64,000 nt of DNA. Source: Eledone cirrhosa. Taxonomy: Eukaryota. This document shows positions 1-15,000 of this stretch, in pieces (position 1 is the first letter of the stretch; every line of letters begins with the position of its first letter). Both the position numbers and the translations under genes were made by a program. The stretch spans positions 24,490,001 through 24,554,000 of the forward strand of contig OZ024741.1 of NCBI GenBank assembly GCA_964016885.1, given 5' to 3'. The notes beneath the pieces were generated by a model. The model was not told the DNA's origin and searched no databases. It saw nothing but the letters and a program-made list of their open reading frames with translations.

Positions 1-3000
1 TTCAGCTGTGACCTAACCCTAATCCAGTACATATATAGTAAAAGACTATGCTTCAGCTGTCACCTAACCCTAATCCAGTACATATATAGTAAAAGACTGT
101 GCTTCAGCTGTGACCTAACCCTAATCCAGTACATATATAGTAAAAGACTATGCTTCAGCTGTCACCTAACTCTAATCCAGTATATATATAGTAAAAGACT
201 GTGCTTCAGCTGTGACCTAACCCTAATCCAGTACATATATAGTAAAATACTGTGCTTCAGCTGTCACCTAACCCTAATCCAGTACATATATAGTAAAAGA
301 GTCTGCTTCAGCTTTCACCTAACCCTTATCCAGTACATATATAGTAAAAGACCGTGCTTCATTCCCGACCTAACCCTAATCCAGTACATATATAGTAAAA
401 GACCGTGTTTCAGCTGTGACCTAACCCTAATCCAGTACATATATAGTAAAAGACTGTGCTTCAGCCATGACCTAACCCAAATCCAGTACATATATAGTAA
501 AAGACTGTGCTTCAGCCATGACCTGACCCTAATCCAGTACATATATAGTAAAAGACTGTGTTTCAGCTGTCACCTAACCCTAATCCAGTACATATATAGT
601 AAAAGACTGTGTTTCAGCTGTCACCTAACCCTAATCCAGTACATATATAGTAAAAGACCGTGCTTCAGCCATGACCTAACCCTAATCCAGTACATATATA
701 GTAAAAGACCGTGCTTCAGCCATGACGTAACTTTAATCCAATCCATATATAGTAAAAGACTGTGCCTCAGCTGTGACCTAACCCTAATCCAGTACATATA
801 TAGTAAAAGACCGTGCTTCAGCCATGACCTAACCCTAATCCAGTACATATATAGTAAAAGACTGTGCTTCAGCTGTCACCTAACTCTAATCCAGTACATA
901 TATAGTAAAAGACCGTGCCTCAGCTGTCACCTAACCCTAATCCAGTACATATATAGTAAAAGACTGTGCTTCAGCTGTCACCTAACCCTAATCCAGTACA
1001 TATATAGTAAAAGACTGTGCTTCAGCTGTCACCTAACCCTAATCCAGTACATATATAGTAAAAGGCTGTACTTCAGCCATGACCTAACCCTAATCCAGTA
1101 CATATATAGTAAAAGACTGTGCTTCAGCTGTCACCTAACCCTAATCCAGTACATATATAGTAAAAGACTGTGCTTCAGCCATGACCTAACCCTAATCCAG
1201 TACATATATAGTAAAAGACTGTGCTTCAGCTGTCACCTAACCCTAATCCAGTACATATATAGTAAAAGACTGTGCCTCAGCTGTCACCTAAACCTAATCC
1301 AGTACATATATAGTAAAAGACTGTGCCTCAGCTGTCACCTAACCCTAATCCAGTACATATATAGTAAAAGACTGTGCTTCAGCTGTCACCTAACCCTAAT
1401 CCAGTACATATATAGTAAAAGACTGTGCTTCAGCTGTCACCTAACCCTAATCCAGTACATATATAGTAAAAAGACCGTGCTCAGCTGTCACCTAACCCTA
1501 ATCCAGTACATATATAGTAAAAGACTGTGCTTCAGCCATGACCTAACCCTAATCCAGTACATATATAGTAAAAGACTGTGCTTCAGCTGTCACCTAACCC
1601 TAATCCAGTACATATATAGTAAAAGACTGTGCCTCAGCTGTCACCTAACCCTAATCCAGTACATATATAGTAAAAGACTGTGCCTCAGCTGTCACCTAAC
1701 TCTAATCCAGTACATATATAGTAAAAGACTGTGCTTCAGCTGTCACCTAACCCTAATCCAGTACATATATAGTAAAAGACTCTGCTTCAGCTGTCACCTA
1801 ACCCTAATCCAGTACATATATAGTAAAAGACTCTGCTTCAGCCATGACCTAACCCTAATCAAGTACATATATAGTAAAAGACTGTGCCTCAGCTGTCACC
1901 TAACCCTAATCCAGTACATATATAGTAAAAGACTGTGCTTCAGCCATGACGTAACCCTAATCCAGTACATATATAGTAAAAGACTGTGCTTCAGCTGACT
2001 CCTAACCCTAATCCAGTACATATATAGTAAAAGACTGTGCTTCAGCTGACTCCTAACCCTAATCCAGTACATATATAGTAAAAGACTGTGCTTCAGCTGT
2101 CACCTAACCCTAATCCAGTACATATATAGTAAAAGACTGTGTTTCAGCTGTCACCTAACCCTAATCCAGTACATATATAGTAAAAGACTGTGTTTCAGCT
2201 GTCACCTAACCCTAATCCAGTACATATATAGTAAAAGACTGTGCTTCAGCTGTCACCTAACCCTAATCCAGTACATATATAGTAAAAGACTGTGCTTCAG
2301 CTGTCACCTAACGTTAATCCAGTACATATATAGTAAAAGACCGTGCCTCAGCCATGACCTAACCCTAATCTTGTACATATATAGTAAAAGACTGTGCTTC
2401 AGCTGTCACCTAACTCTAATCCAGTACATATATAGTAAAAGACCGTGCTTCGGCTGTCACCTAACCTTAATCCAGTACATATATAGTAAAAGACCGTGCT
2501 TCAGCTGTCACCTAACCTTAATCCAGTACATATATAGTAAAAGACTGTGCTTCAGCTGTCACCTAACTCTAATCCAGTACATATATAGTAAAAGACCGTG
2601 CTTCAGCTGTCACCTAACCTTAATCCAGTACATATATAGTAAAAGACCATGCTTCAGCTGTCACCTAACCTTAATCCAGTACATATATAGTAAAAGACCG
2701 TGCTTCAGCTGTCACCTAACCTTAATCCAGTACATATATAGTAAAAGACTGTGCTTCAGCTGTCACCTAACCCTAATCCAGTACATATATAGTAAAAGAC
2801 TGTGCTTCAGCTGTCACCTAACCCCAATCCAGTACATATATAGTAAAAGACTGTGCTTCAGCTGTCACCTAACTCTAATCCAGTACATATATAGTAAAAG
2901 ACTGTGCTTCAGCTGTCACATAACTCTAATCCAGTACATATATAGTAAAAGACCGTGCCTCAGCCATGACCTAACCCTAATCCAGTACATATATAGTAAA

Positions 3001-6000
3001 AGACTGTCCTTCAGCCATGACCTAACCCTAATCCAGTACATATATAGTAAAAGACTGTGCTTCAGCTGTGACCTAACCCTAATCCAGTACATATATAGTA
3101 AAAGACCGTGCTTCATCCCTGACCTAACCCTAATCCAGTACATATATAGTAAAAGACCGTGTTTCAGCTCTGACCTAACCCTAATCCAGTACATATATAG
3201 TAAAAGACTGTGCTTCAGCCATGACCTAACCCTAATCCAGTACATATATAGAAAAAGACCGTGCTTCAGACATGACCTAACCCTAATCCAGTACATATAT
3301 AGTAAAGACTGTGTTTCAGCTGTCACCTAACCCTAATCTACTACATATATAGTAAAAGACTGTGTTTCAGCTGTCACCTAACCCTAATCCAGTACATATA
3401 TAGTAAAAGACCGTGCTTCAGCCATGACCTAACCCTAATCCAGTACATATATAGTAAAAGACCGTGCTTCAGCCATGACGTAACTTTAATCCAATCCATA
3501 TATAGTAAAAGACTGTGCCTCAGCTGTGACCTAACCCTAATCCAGTACATATATAGTAAAAGACCATGCTTCAGCCATGACCTAACCCTAATCCAGTACA
3601 TATATAGTAAAAGACTGTGCTTCAGCTGTCACCTAACTCTAATCCAGTACATATATAGTAAAAGACCGTGCCTCAGCTGTCACCTAACTCTAATCCAGTA
3701 CATATATAGTAAAAGACTGTGCTTCAGCTGTCACCTAACCCTAATCCAGTACATATATAGTAAAAGACTGTGCTTCAGCTGTGACCTAACCCTAATCCAG
3801 TACATATATGGTAAAAGGCTGTACTTCAGCCATGACCTAACCCTAATCCAGTACATATATAGTAAAAGACTGTGCTTCAGCTGTCACCTAACCCTAATCC
3901 AGTACATATATAGTAAAAGACTGTGCTTCAGCCATGACCTAACCCTAATCCAGTACATATATAGTAAAAGACTGTGCTTCAGCTGTCACCTAACCCTAAT
4001 CCAGTACATATATAGTAAAAGACTTTGTTTCAGCTGTCACCTAACCCTAATCCAGTACATATATAGTAAAAGACTGTGCTTCAGCTGTCACCTAACGTTA
4101 ATCCAGTACATATATAGTAAAAGACCGTGCCTCAGCCATGACCTAACCCTAATCCAGTACATATATAGTAAAAGACTGTGTTTCAGCTGTCACCTAACCC
4201 TAATCCAGTACATATATAGTAAAAGACTGTGTTTCAGCTGTCACCTAACCCTAATCCAGTACATATATAGTAAAAGACTGTGCTTCAGCTGTCACCTAAC
4301 CCTAATCCAGTACATATATAGTAAAAGACTGTGCTTCAGCTGTCACCTAACGTTAATCCAGTACATATATAGTAAAAGACCGTGCCTCAGCCATGACCTA
4401 ACCCTAATCTAGTACATATATAGTAAAAGACTGTGCTTCAGCTGTCACCTAACTCTAATCCAGTACATATATAGTAAAAGACCGTGCTTCAGCTGTCACC
4501 TAACCTCAATCCAGTACATATATAGTAAAAGACCGTGCTTCAGCTGTCACCTAACCTTAATCCAGTACATATATAGTAAAAGACTGTGCTTCAGCTGTCA
4601 CCTAACTCTAATCCATTACATATATAGTAAAAGACCGTGCTTCAGCTGTCACCTAACCTTAATCCAGTACATATATAGTAAAAGACCATGCTTCAGCTGT
4701 CACCTAACCTTAATCCAGTACATATATAGTAAAAGACCGTGCTTCAGCTGTCACCTAACCTTAATCCAGTACATATATAGTAAAAGACTGTGCTTCAGCT
4801 GTCACCTAACCCTAATCCAGTACATATATAGTAAAAGACTGTGCTTCAGCTGTCACCTAACCCCAATCCAGTACATATATAGTAAAAGACTGTGCTTCAG
4901 CTGTCACCTAACTCTAATCCAGTACATATATAGTAAAAGACTGTGCTTCAGCTGTCACATAACTCTAATCCAGTACATATATAGTAAAAGACCGTGCCTC
5001 AGCCATGACCTAACCCTAATCCAGTACATATATAGTAAAAGACTGTGCTTCAGCCATGACCTAACCCTAATCCAGTACATATATAGTAAAAGACTGTGCT
5101 TCAGCTGTGACCTAACCCTAATCCAGTACATATATAGTAAAAGACTGTGCTTCAGCCATGACCTAACTCTAATCCAGTACATATATAGTAAAAGACTGTG
5201 CTTCAGCTGTCACCTAACCCTAATCCAGTACATATATAGTAAAAGACTGTGCTTCAGCTGTGACCTAACCCTAATCCAGTACATATATATTAAAAGACTA
5301 TGCTTCAGCTGTCACCTAACTCTAATCCAGTATATATATAGTAAAAGACTGTGCTTCAGCTGTGACCTAACCCTAATCCAGTACATATATAGTAAAAGAC
5401 CGTGTTTCAGCTGTGACCTAACCCTAATCCAGTACATATATAGTAAAAGACTGTGCTTCAGCCATGACCTAACCCAAATCCAGTACATATATAGTAAAAG
5501 ACTGTGCTTCAGCCATGACCTAACCCTAATCCAGTACATATATAGTAAAAGACCGTGCTTCAGACATGACCTAACCCTAATCCAGTACATATATAGTAAA
5601 GACTGTGTTTCAGCTGTCACCTAACCCTAATCCACTACATATATAGTAAAAGACCGTGCTTCAGCCATGACCTAACCCTAATCCAGTACATATATAGTAA
5701 AAGACCGTGCTTCAGCCATGACGTAACTTTAATCCAATCCATATATAGTAAAAGACTGTGCCTCAGCTGTGACCTAACCCTAATCCAGTACATATATAGT
5801 AAAAGACCATGCTTCAGCCATGACCTAACCCTAATCCAGTACATATATAGTAAAAGACTGTGCTTCAGCTGTCACCTAACTCTAATCCAGTACATATATA
5901 GTAAAAGACCGTGCCTCAGCTGTCACCTAACCCTAATCCAGTACATATATAGTAAAAGACTGTGCTTCAGCTGTCACCTAACCCTAATCCAGTACATATA

Positions 6001-9000
6001 TAGTAAAATACTGTGCTTCAGCTGTCACCTAACCCTCATCCAGTACATATATAGTAAAAGGCTGTACTTCAGCCATGACCTAACCCTAATCCAGTACATA
6101 TATAGTAAAAGACTGTGCTTCAGCTGTCACCTAACCCTAATCCAGTACATATATAGTAAAAGACTGTGCTTCAGCCATGACCTAACCCTAATCCAGTACA
6201 TATATAGTAAAAGACTGTGCTTCAGCTGTAACCTAACCCTAATCCAGTACATATATAGTAAAAGACTGTGCCTCAGCTGTCACCTAACCCTAATCCAGTA
6301 CATATATAGTAAAAGACTGTGCCTCAGCTGTCACCTAACCCTAATCCAGTACATATATAGTAAAAGACTGTGCTTCAGCTGTCACCTAACCCTAATCCAG
6401 TACATATATAGTAAAAGACTGTGCTTCAGCTGTCACCTAACCCTAATCCAGTACATATATAGTAAAAAGACCGTGCTCAGCTGTCACCTAACCCTAATCC
6501 AGTACATATATAGTAAAAGACTGTGCTTCAGCCATGACCTAACCCTAATCCAGTACATGTATAGTAAAAGACTGTGCTTCAGCTGTCACCTAACCCTAAT
6601 CCAGTACATATATAGTAAAAGACTGTGCCTCAGCTGTCACCTAACCCTAATCCAGTACATATATAGTAAAAGACTGTGCCTCAGCTGTCACCTAACCCTA
6701 ATCCAGTACATATATAGTAAAAGACTGTGCTTCAGCTGTCACCTAACCCTAATCCAGTACATATATAGTAAAAGACTGTGCTTCAGCTGTCACCTAACCC
6801 TAATCCAGTACATATATAGTAAAAGACTCTGCTTCAGCCATGACCTAACCCTAATCCAGTACATATATAGTAAAAGACTGTGCCTCAGCTGTCACCTAAC
6901 CCTAATCCAGTACATATATAGTAAAAGACTGTGCTTCAGCTGTCACCTAACCCTAATCCAGTACATATATAGTAAAAGACTGTGCTTCAGCTGTCACCTA
7001 ACGTTAATCCAGTACATATATAGTAAAAGACCGTGCCTCAGCCATGACCTAACCCTAATCTAGTACATATATAGTAAAAGACTGTGCTTCAGCTGACTCC
7101 TAACCCTAATCCAGTACATATATAGTAAAAGACTGTGCTTCAGCTGACTCCTAACCCTAATCCAGTACATATATAGTAAAAGACTGTGCTTCAGCTGTCA
7201 CCTAACCCTAATCCAGTACATATATAGTAAAAGACTGTGTTTCAGCTGTCACCTAACCCTAATCCAGTACATATATAGTAAAAGACTGTGTTTCAGCTGT
7301 CACCTAACCCTAATACAGTACATATATAGTAAAAGACTGTGCTTCAGCTGCCACCTAAACCTAATCCAGTACATATATAGTAAAAGACTGTGCTTCAGCT
7401 GTCACCTAACCTTAATCCAGTACATATATAGTAAAAGACCGTGCCTCAGCCATGACCTAACCCTAATCCAGTACATATATAGTAAAAGACTGTGCTTCAG
7501 CTGTCACCTAACTCTAATCCAGTACATATATAGTAAAAGACCGTGCTTCAGCTGTCACCTAACCTTAATCCAGTACATATATAGTAAAAGACCGTGCTTC
7601 AGCTGTCACCTAACCTTAATCCAGTACATATATAGGAAAAGACTGTGCTTCAGCTGTCACCTAACTCTAATCCAGTACATATATAGTAAAAGACCGTGCT
7701 TCAGCTGTCACCTAACCTTAATCCAGTACATATATAGTAAAAGACCATGCTTCAGCTGTCACCTAACCTTAATCCAGTACATATATAGTAAAAGACCGTG
7801 CTTCAGCTGTCACCTAACCTTAATCCAGTACATATATAGTAAAAGACTGTGCTTCAGCTGTCACCTAACCCTAATCCAGTACATATATAGTAAAAGACTG
7901 TGCTTCAGCTGTCACCTAACCCCAATCCAGTACATATATAGTAAAAGACTGTGCTTCAGCTGTCACCTAACTCTAATCCAGTACATATATAGTAAAAGAC
8001 TGTGCTTCAGCTGTCACATAACTCTAATCCAGTACATATATAGTAAAAGACCGTGCCTCAGCCATGACCTAACCCTAATCCAGTACATATATAGTAAAAG
8101 ACTGTGCTTCAGCCATGACCTAACCCTAATCCAGTACATATATAGTAAAAGACTGTGCTTCAGCTGTGACCTAACCCTAATCCAGTACATATATAGTAAA
8201 AGACTGTGCTTCAGCTGTCACCTAACGTTACTCCAGTACATATATAGTAAAAGACCGTGCCTCAGCCATGACCTAACCCTAATCCAGTACATATATAGTA
8301 AAAGACTGTGTTTCAGCTGTCACCTAACCCTAATCCAGTACATATATAGTAAAAGACTGTGTTTCAGCTGTCACCTAACCCTAATCCAGTACATATATAG
8401 TAAAAGACTGTGCTTCAGCTGTCACCTAACCCTAATCCAGTACATATATAGTAAAAGACTGTGCTTCAGCTGTCACCTAACGTTAATCCAGTACATATAT
8501 AGTAAAAGACCGTGCCTCAGCCATGACCTAACCCTAATCTAGTACATATATAGTAAAAGACTGTGCTTCAGCTGTCACCTAACTCTAATCCAGTACATAT
8601 ATAGTAAAAGACCGTGCTTCAGCTGTCACCTAACCTTAATCCAGTACATATATAGTAAAAGACCGTGCTTCAGCTGTCACCTAACCTTAATCCAGTACAT
8701 ATATAGTAAAAGACTGTGCTTCAGCTGTCACCTAACTCTAATCCATTACATATATAGTAAAAGACCGTGCTTCAGCTGTCACCTAACCTTAATCCAGTAC
8801 ATATATAGTAAAAGACCATGCTTCAGCTGTCACCTAACCTTAATCCAGTACATATATAGTAAAAGACCGTGCTTCAGCTGTCACCTAACCTTAATCCAGT
8901 ACATATATAGTAAAAGACTGTGCTTCAGCTGTCACCTAACCCTAATCCAGTACATATATAGTAAAAGACTGTGCTTCAACTGTCACCTAACCCCAATCCA

Positions 9001-12000
9001 GTACATATATAGTAAAAGACTGTGCTTCAGCTGTCACCTAACTCTAATCCAGTACATATATAGTAAAAGACTGTGCTTCAGCTGTCACATAACTCTAATC
9101 CAGTACATATATAGTAAAAGACCGTGCCTCAGCCATGACCTAACCCTAATCCAGTACATATATAGTAAAAGACTGTGCTTCAGCCATGACCTAACCCTAA
9201 TCCAGTACATATATAGTAAAAGACTGTGCTTCAGCTGTGACCTAACCCTAATCCAGTACATATATAGTAAAAGACTGTGCTTCAGCCATGACCTAACTCT
9301 AATCCAGTACATATATAGTAAAAGACTGTGCTTCAGCTGTCACCTAACCCTAATCCAGTACATATATAGTAAAAGACTGTGCTTCAGCTGTGACCTAACC
9401 CTAATCCAGTACATATATATTAAAAGACTATGCTTCAGCTGTCACCTAACTCTAATCCAGTATATATATAGTAAAAGACTGTGCTTCAGCTGTGACCTAC
9501 CCCTAATCCAGTACATATATAGTAAAAGACCGTGTTTCAGCTGTGACCTAACCCTAATCCAGTACATATATAGTAAAAGACTGTGCTTCAGCCATGACCT
9601 AACCCAAATCCAGTACATATATAGTAAAAGACTGTGCTTCAGCCATGACCTAACCCTAATCCAGTACATATATAGTAAAAGACCGTGCTTCAGCCATGAC
9701 GTAACTTTAATCCAATCCATATATAGTAAAAGACTGTGCCTCAGCTGTGACCTAACCCTAATCCAGTACATATATAGTAAAAGACCATGCTTCAGCCATG
9801 ACCTAACCCTAATCCAGTACATATATAGTAAAAGACTGTGCTTCAGCTGTCACCTAACTCTAATCCAGTACATATATAGTAAAAGACCGTGCCTCAGCTG
9901 TCACCTAACCCTAATCCAGTACATATATAGTAAAAGACTGTGCTTCAGCTGTCACCTAACCCTAATCCAGTACATATATAGTAAAATACTGTGCTTCAGC
10001 TGTCACCTAACCCTCATCCAGTACATATATAGTAAAAGGCTGTACTTCAGCCATGACCTAACCCTAATCCAGTACATATATAGTAAAAGACTGTGCTTCA
10101 GCTGTCACCTAACCCTAATCCAGTACATATATAGTAAAAGACTGTGCTTCAGCCATGACCTAACCCTAATCCAGTACATATATAGTAAAAGACTGTGCTT
10201 CAGCTGTAACCTAACCCTAATCCAGTACATATATAGTAAAAGACTGTGCCTCAGCTGTCACCTAACCCTAATCCAGTACATATATAGTAAAAGACTGTGC
10301 CTCAGCTGTCACCTAACCCTAATCCAGTACATATATAGTAAAAGACTGTGCTTCAGCTGTCACCTAACCCTAATCCAGTACATATATAGTAAAAGACTGT
10401 GCTTCAGCTGTCACCTAACCCTAATCCAGTACATATATAGTAAAAAGACCGTGCTCAGCTGTCACCTAACCCTAATCCAGTACATATATAGTAAAAGACT
10501 GTGCTTCAGCCATGACCTAACCCTAATCCAGTACATGTATAGTAAAAGACTGTGCTTCAGCTGTCACCTAACCCTAATCCAGTACATATATAGTAAAAGA
10601 CTGTGCCTCAGCTGTCACCTAACCCTAATCCAGTACATATATAGTAAAAGACTGTGCCTCAGCTGTCACCTAACCCTAATCCAGTACATATATAGTAAAA
10701 GACTGTGCTTCAGCTGTCACCTAACCCTAATCCAGTACATATATAGTAAAAGACTGTGCTTCAGCTGTCACCTAACCCTAATCCAGTACATATATAGTAA
10801 AAGACTCTGCTTCAGCCATGACCTAACCCTAATCCAGTACATATATAGTAAAAGACTGTGCCTCAGCTGTCACCTAACCCTAATCCAGTACATATATAGT
10901 AAAAGACTGTGCTTCAGCTGTCACCTAACCCTAATCCAGTACATATATAGTAAAAGACTGTGCTTCAGCTGTCACCTAACGTTAATCCAGTACATATATA
11001 GTAAAAGACCGTGCCTCAGCCATGACCTAACCCTAATCTAGTACATATATAGTAAAAGACTGTGCTTCAGCTGACTCCTAACCCTAATCCAGTACATATA
11101 TAGTAAAAGACTGTGCTTCAGCTGACTCCTAACCCTAATCCAGTACATATATAGTAAAAGACTGTGCTTCAGCTGTCACCTAACCCTAATCCAGTACATA
11201 TATAGTAAAAGACTGTGTTTCAGCTGTCACCTAACCCTAATCCAGTACATATATAGTAAAAGACTGTGTTTCAGCTGTCACCTAACCCTAATACAGTACA
11301 TATATAGTAAAAGACTGTGCTTCAGCTGCCACCTAAACCTAATCCAGTACATATATAGTAAAAGACTGTGCTTCAGCTGTCACCTAACCTTAATCCAGTA
11401 CATATATAGTAAAAGACCGTGCCTCAGCCATGACCTAACCCTAATCCAGTACATATATAGTAAAAGACTGTGCTTCAGCTGTCACCTAACTCTAATCCAG
11501 TACATATATAGTAAAAGACCGTGCTTCAGCTGTCACCTAACCTTAATCCAGTACATATATAGTAAAAGACCGTGCTTCAGCTGTCACCTAACCTTAATCC
11601 AGTACATATATAGGAAAAGACTGTGCTTCAGCTGTCACCTAACTCTAATCCAGTACATATATAGTAAAAGACCGTGCTTCAGCTGTCACCTAACCTTAAT
11701 CCAGTACATATATAGTAAAAGACCATGCTTCAGCTGTCACCTAACCTTAATCCAGTACATATATAGTAAAAGACCGTGCTTCAGCTGTCACCTAACCTTA
11801 ATCCAGTACATATATAGTAAAAGACTGTGCTTCAGCTGTCACCTAACCCTAATCCAGTACATATATAGTAAAAGACTGTGCTTCAGCTGTCACCTAACCC
11901 CAATCCAGTACATATATAGTAAAAGACTGTGCTTCAGCTGTCACCTAACTCTAATCCAGTACATATATAGTAAAAGACTGTGCTTCAGCTGTCACATAAC

Positions 12001-15000
12001 TCTAATCCAGTACATATATAGTAAAAGACCGTGCCTCAGCCATGACCTAACCCTAATCCAGTACATATATAGTAAAAGACTGTGCTTCAGCCATGACCTA
12101 ACCCTAATCCAGTACATATATAGTAAAAGACTGTGCTTCAGCTGTGACCTAACCCTAATCCAGTACATATATAGTAAAAGACTGTGCTTCAGCCATGACC
12201 TAACTCTAATCCAGTACATATATAGTAAAAGACTGTGCTTCAGCTGTCACCTAACCCTAATCCAGTACATATATAGTAAAAGACTGTGCTTCAGCTGTGA
12301 CCTAACCCTAATCCAGTACATATATAGTAAAAGACTGTGTTTCAGCTGTCACCTAACTCTAATCCAGTATATATATAGTAAAAGACTGTGCCTCAGCTGT
12401 CACCTAACCCTAATCCAGTACATATATAGTAAAAGACTGTGCTTCAGCTGTCACCTAACCCTAATCCAGTACATATATAGTAAAAGACTGTGCTTCAGCT
12501 GTCACCTAACCCTAATCCAGTTCATATATAGTAAAAGACTCTGCTTCAGCCATGACCTAACCCTAATCCAGTACATATATAGTAAAAGACTGTGCCTCAG
12601 CTGTCACCTAACCCTAATCCAGTACATATATAGTAAAAGACTGTGCTTCAGCTGTCACCTAACCCTAATCCAGTACATATATAGTAAAAGACTGTGCTTC
12701 AGCTGTCACCTAACGTTAATCCAGTACATATATAGTAAAAGACCGTGCCTCAGCCATGACCTAACCCTAATCTAGTACATATATAGTAAAAGACTGTGCT
12801 TCAGCTGACTCCTAACCCTAATCCAGTACATATATAGTAAAAGACTGTGCTTCAGCTGACTCCTAACCCTAATCCAGTACATATATAGTAAAAGACTGTG
12901 CTTCAGCTGTCACCTAACCCTAATCCAGTACATATATAGTAAAAGACTGTGTTTCAGCTGTCACCTAACCCTAATCCAGTACATATATAGTAAAAGACTG
13001 TGTTTCAGCTGTCACCTAACCCTAATACAGTACATATATAGTAAAAGACTGTGCTTCAGCTGCCACCTAAACCTAATCCAGTACATATATAGTAAAAGAC
13101 TGTGCTTCAGCTGTCACCTAACCTTAATCCAGTACATATATAGTAAAAGACCGTGCCTCAGCCATGACCTAACCCTAATCCAGTACATATATAGTAAAAG
13201 ACTGTGCTTCAGCTGTCACCTAACTCTAATCCAGTACATATATAGTAAAAGACCGTGCTTCAGCTGTCACCTAACCTTAATCCAGTACATATATAGTAAA
13301 AGACCGTGCTTCAGCTGTCACCTAACCTTAATCCAGTACATATATAGGAAAAGACTGTGCTTCAGCTGTCACCTAACTCTAATCCAGTACATATATAGTA
13401 AAAGACCGTGCTTCAGCTGTCACCTAACCTTAATCCAGTACATATATAGTAAAAGACCATGCTTCAGCTGTCACCTAACCTTAATCCAGTACATATATAG
13501 TAAAAGACCGTGCTTCAGCTGTCACCTAACCTTAATCCAGTACATATATAGTAAAAGACTGTGCTTCAGCTGTCACCTAACCCTAATCCAGTACATATAT
13601 AGTAAAAGACTGTGCTTCAGCTGTCACCTAACCCCAATCCAGTACATATATAGTAAAAGACTGTGCTTCAGCTGTCACCTAACTCTAATCCAGTACATAT
13701 ATAGTAAAAGACTGTGCTTCAGCTGTCACATAACTCTAATCCAGTACATATATAGTAAAAGACCGTGCCTCAGCCATGACCTAACCCTAATCCAGTACAT
13801 ATATAGTAAAAGACTGTGCTTCAGCCATGACCTAACCCTAATCCAGTACATATATAGTAAAAGACTGTGCTTCAGCTGTGACCTAACCCTAATCCAGTAC
13901 ATATATAGTAAAAGACTGTGCTTCAGCCATGACCTAACTCTAATCCAGTACATATATAGTAAAAGACTGTGCTTCAGCTGTCACCTAACCCTAATCCAGT
14001 ACATATATAGTAAAAGACTGTGCTTCAGCTGTGACCTAACCCTAATCCAGTACATATATAGTAAAAGACTGTGTTTCAGCTGTCACCTAACTCTAATCCA
14101 GTATATATATAGTAAAAGACTGTGCTTCAGCTGTCACCTAACCCTAATCCAGTACATATATAGTAAAAGAGTCTGCTTCAGCTTTCACCTAACCCTTATC
14201 CAGTACATATATAGTAAAAGACTGTGCTTCATCCCTGACCTAACCCTAATCCAGTACATATATAGTAAAAGACCATGTTTCAGCTGTGACCTAACCCTAA
14301 TCCAGTACATATATAGTAAAAGACTGTGCTTAAGCCATGACCTAACCCTAATCCAGTAAATATATAGTAAAAGACTGTGCTTCAGCCATGACCTAACCCT
14401 AATCCAGTACATATATAGTAAAAGACCGTGCTTCAGACATGACCTAACCCTAATCCAGTACATATATAGTAAAAACTGTGCTTCAGCTGTCACCTAACAC
14501 TAATCCAGTACATATATAGTAAAAGACTGTGTTTCAGCTGTCACCTAACCCTAATCCAGTACATATATAGTAAAAGACTGTGTTTCAGCTGTCACCTAAC
14601 CCTAATCCAGTACATATATAGTAAAAGACTGTGCTTCAGCTGTCACCTAACCCTAATCCAGTACATATATAGTAAAAGAGTCTGCTTCAGCTTTCACCTA
14701 ACCCTTATCCAGTACATATATAGTAAAAGACTGTGCTTCATCCCTGACCTAACCCTAATCCAGTACATATATAGTAAAAGACCATGTTTCAGCTGTGACC
14801 TAACCCTAATCCAGTACATATATAGTAAAAGACTGTGCTTAAGCCATGACCTAACCCTAATCCAGTAAATATATAGTAAAAGACTGTGCTTCAGCCATGA
14901 CCTAACCCTAATCCAGTACATATATAGTAAAAGACTGTGTTTCAGCTGTCACCTAACCCTAATCCAGTACATATATAGTAAAAGACCGTGCTTCAGCCAT

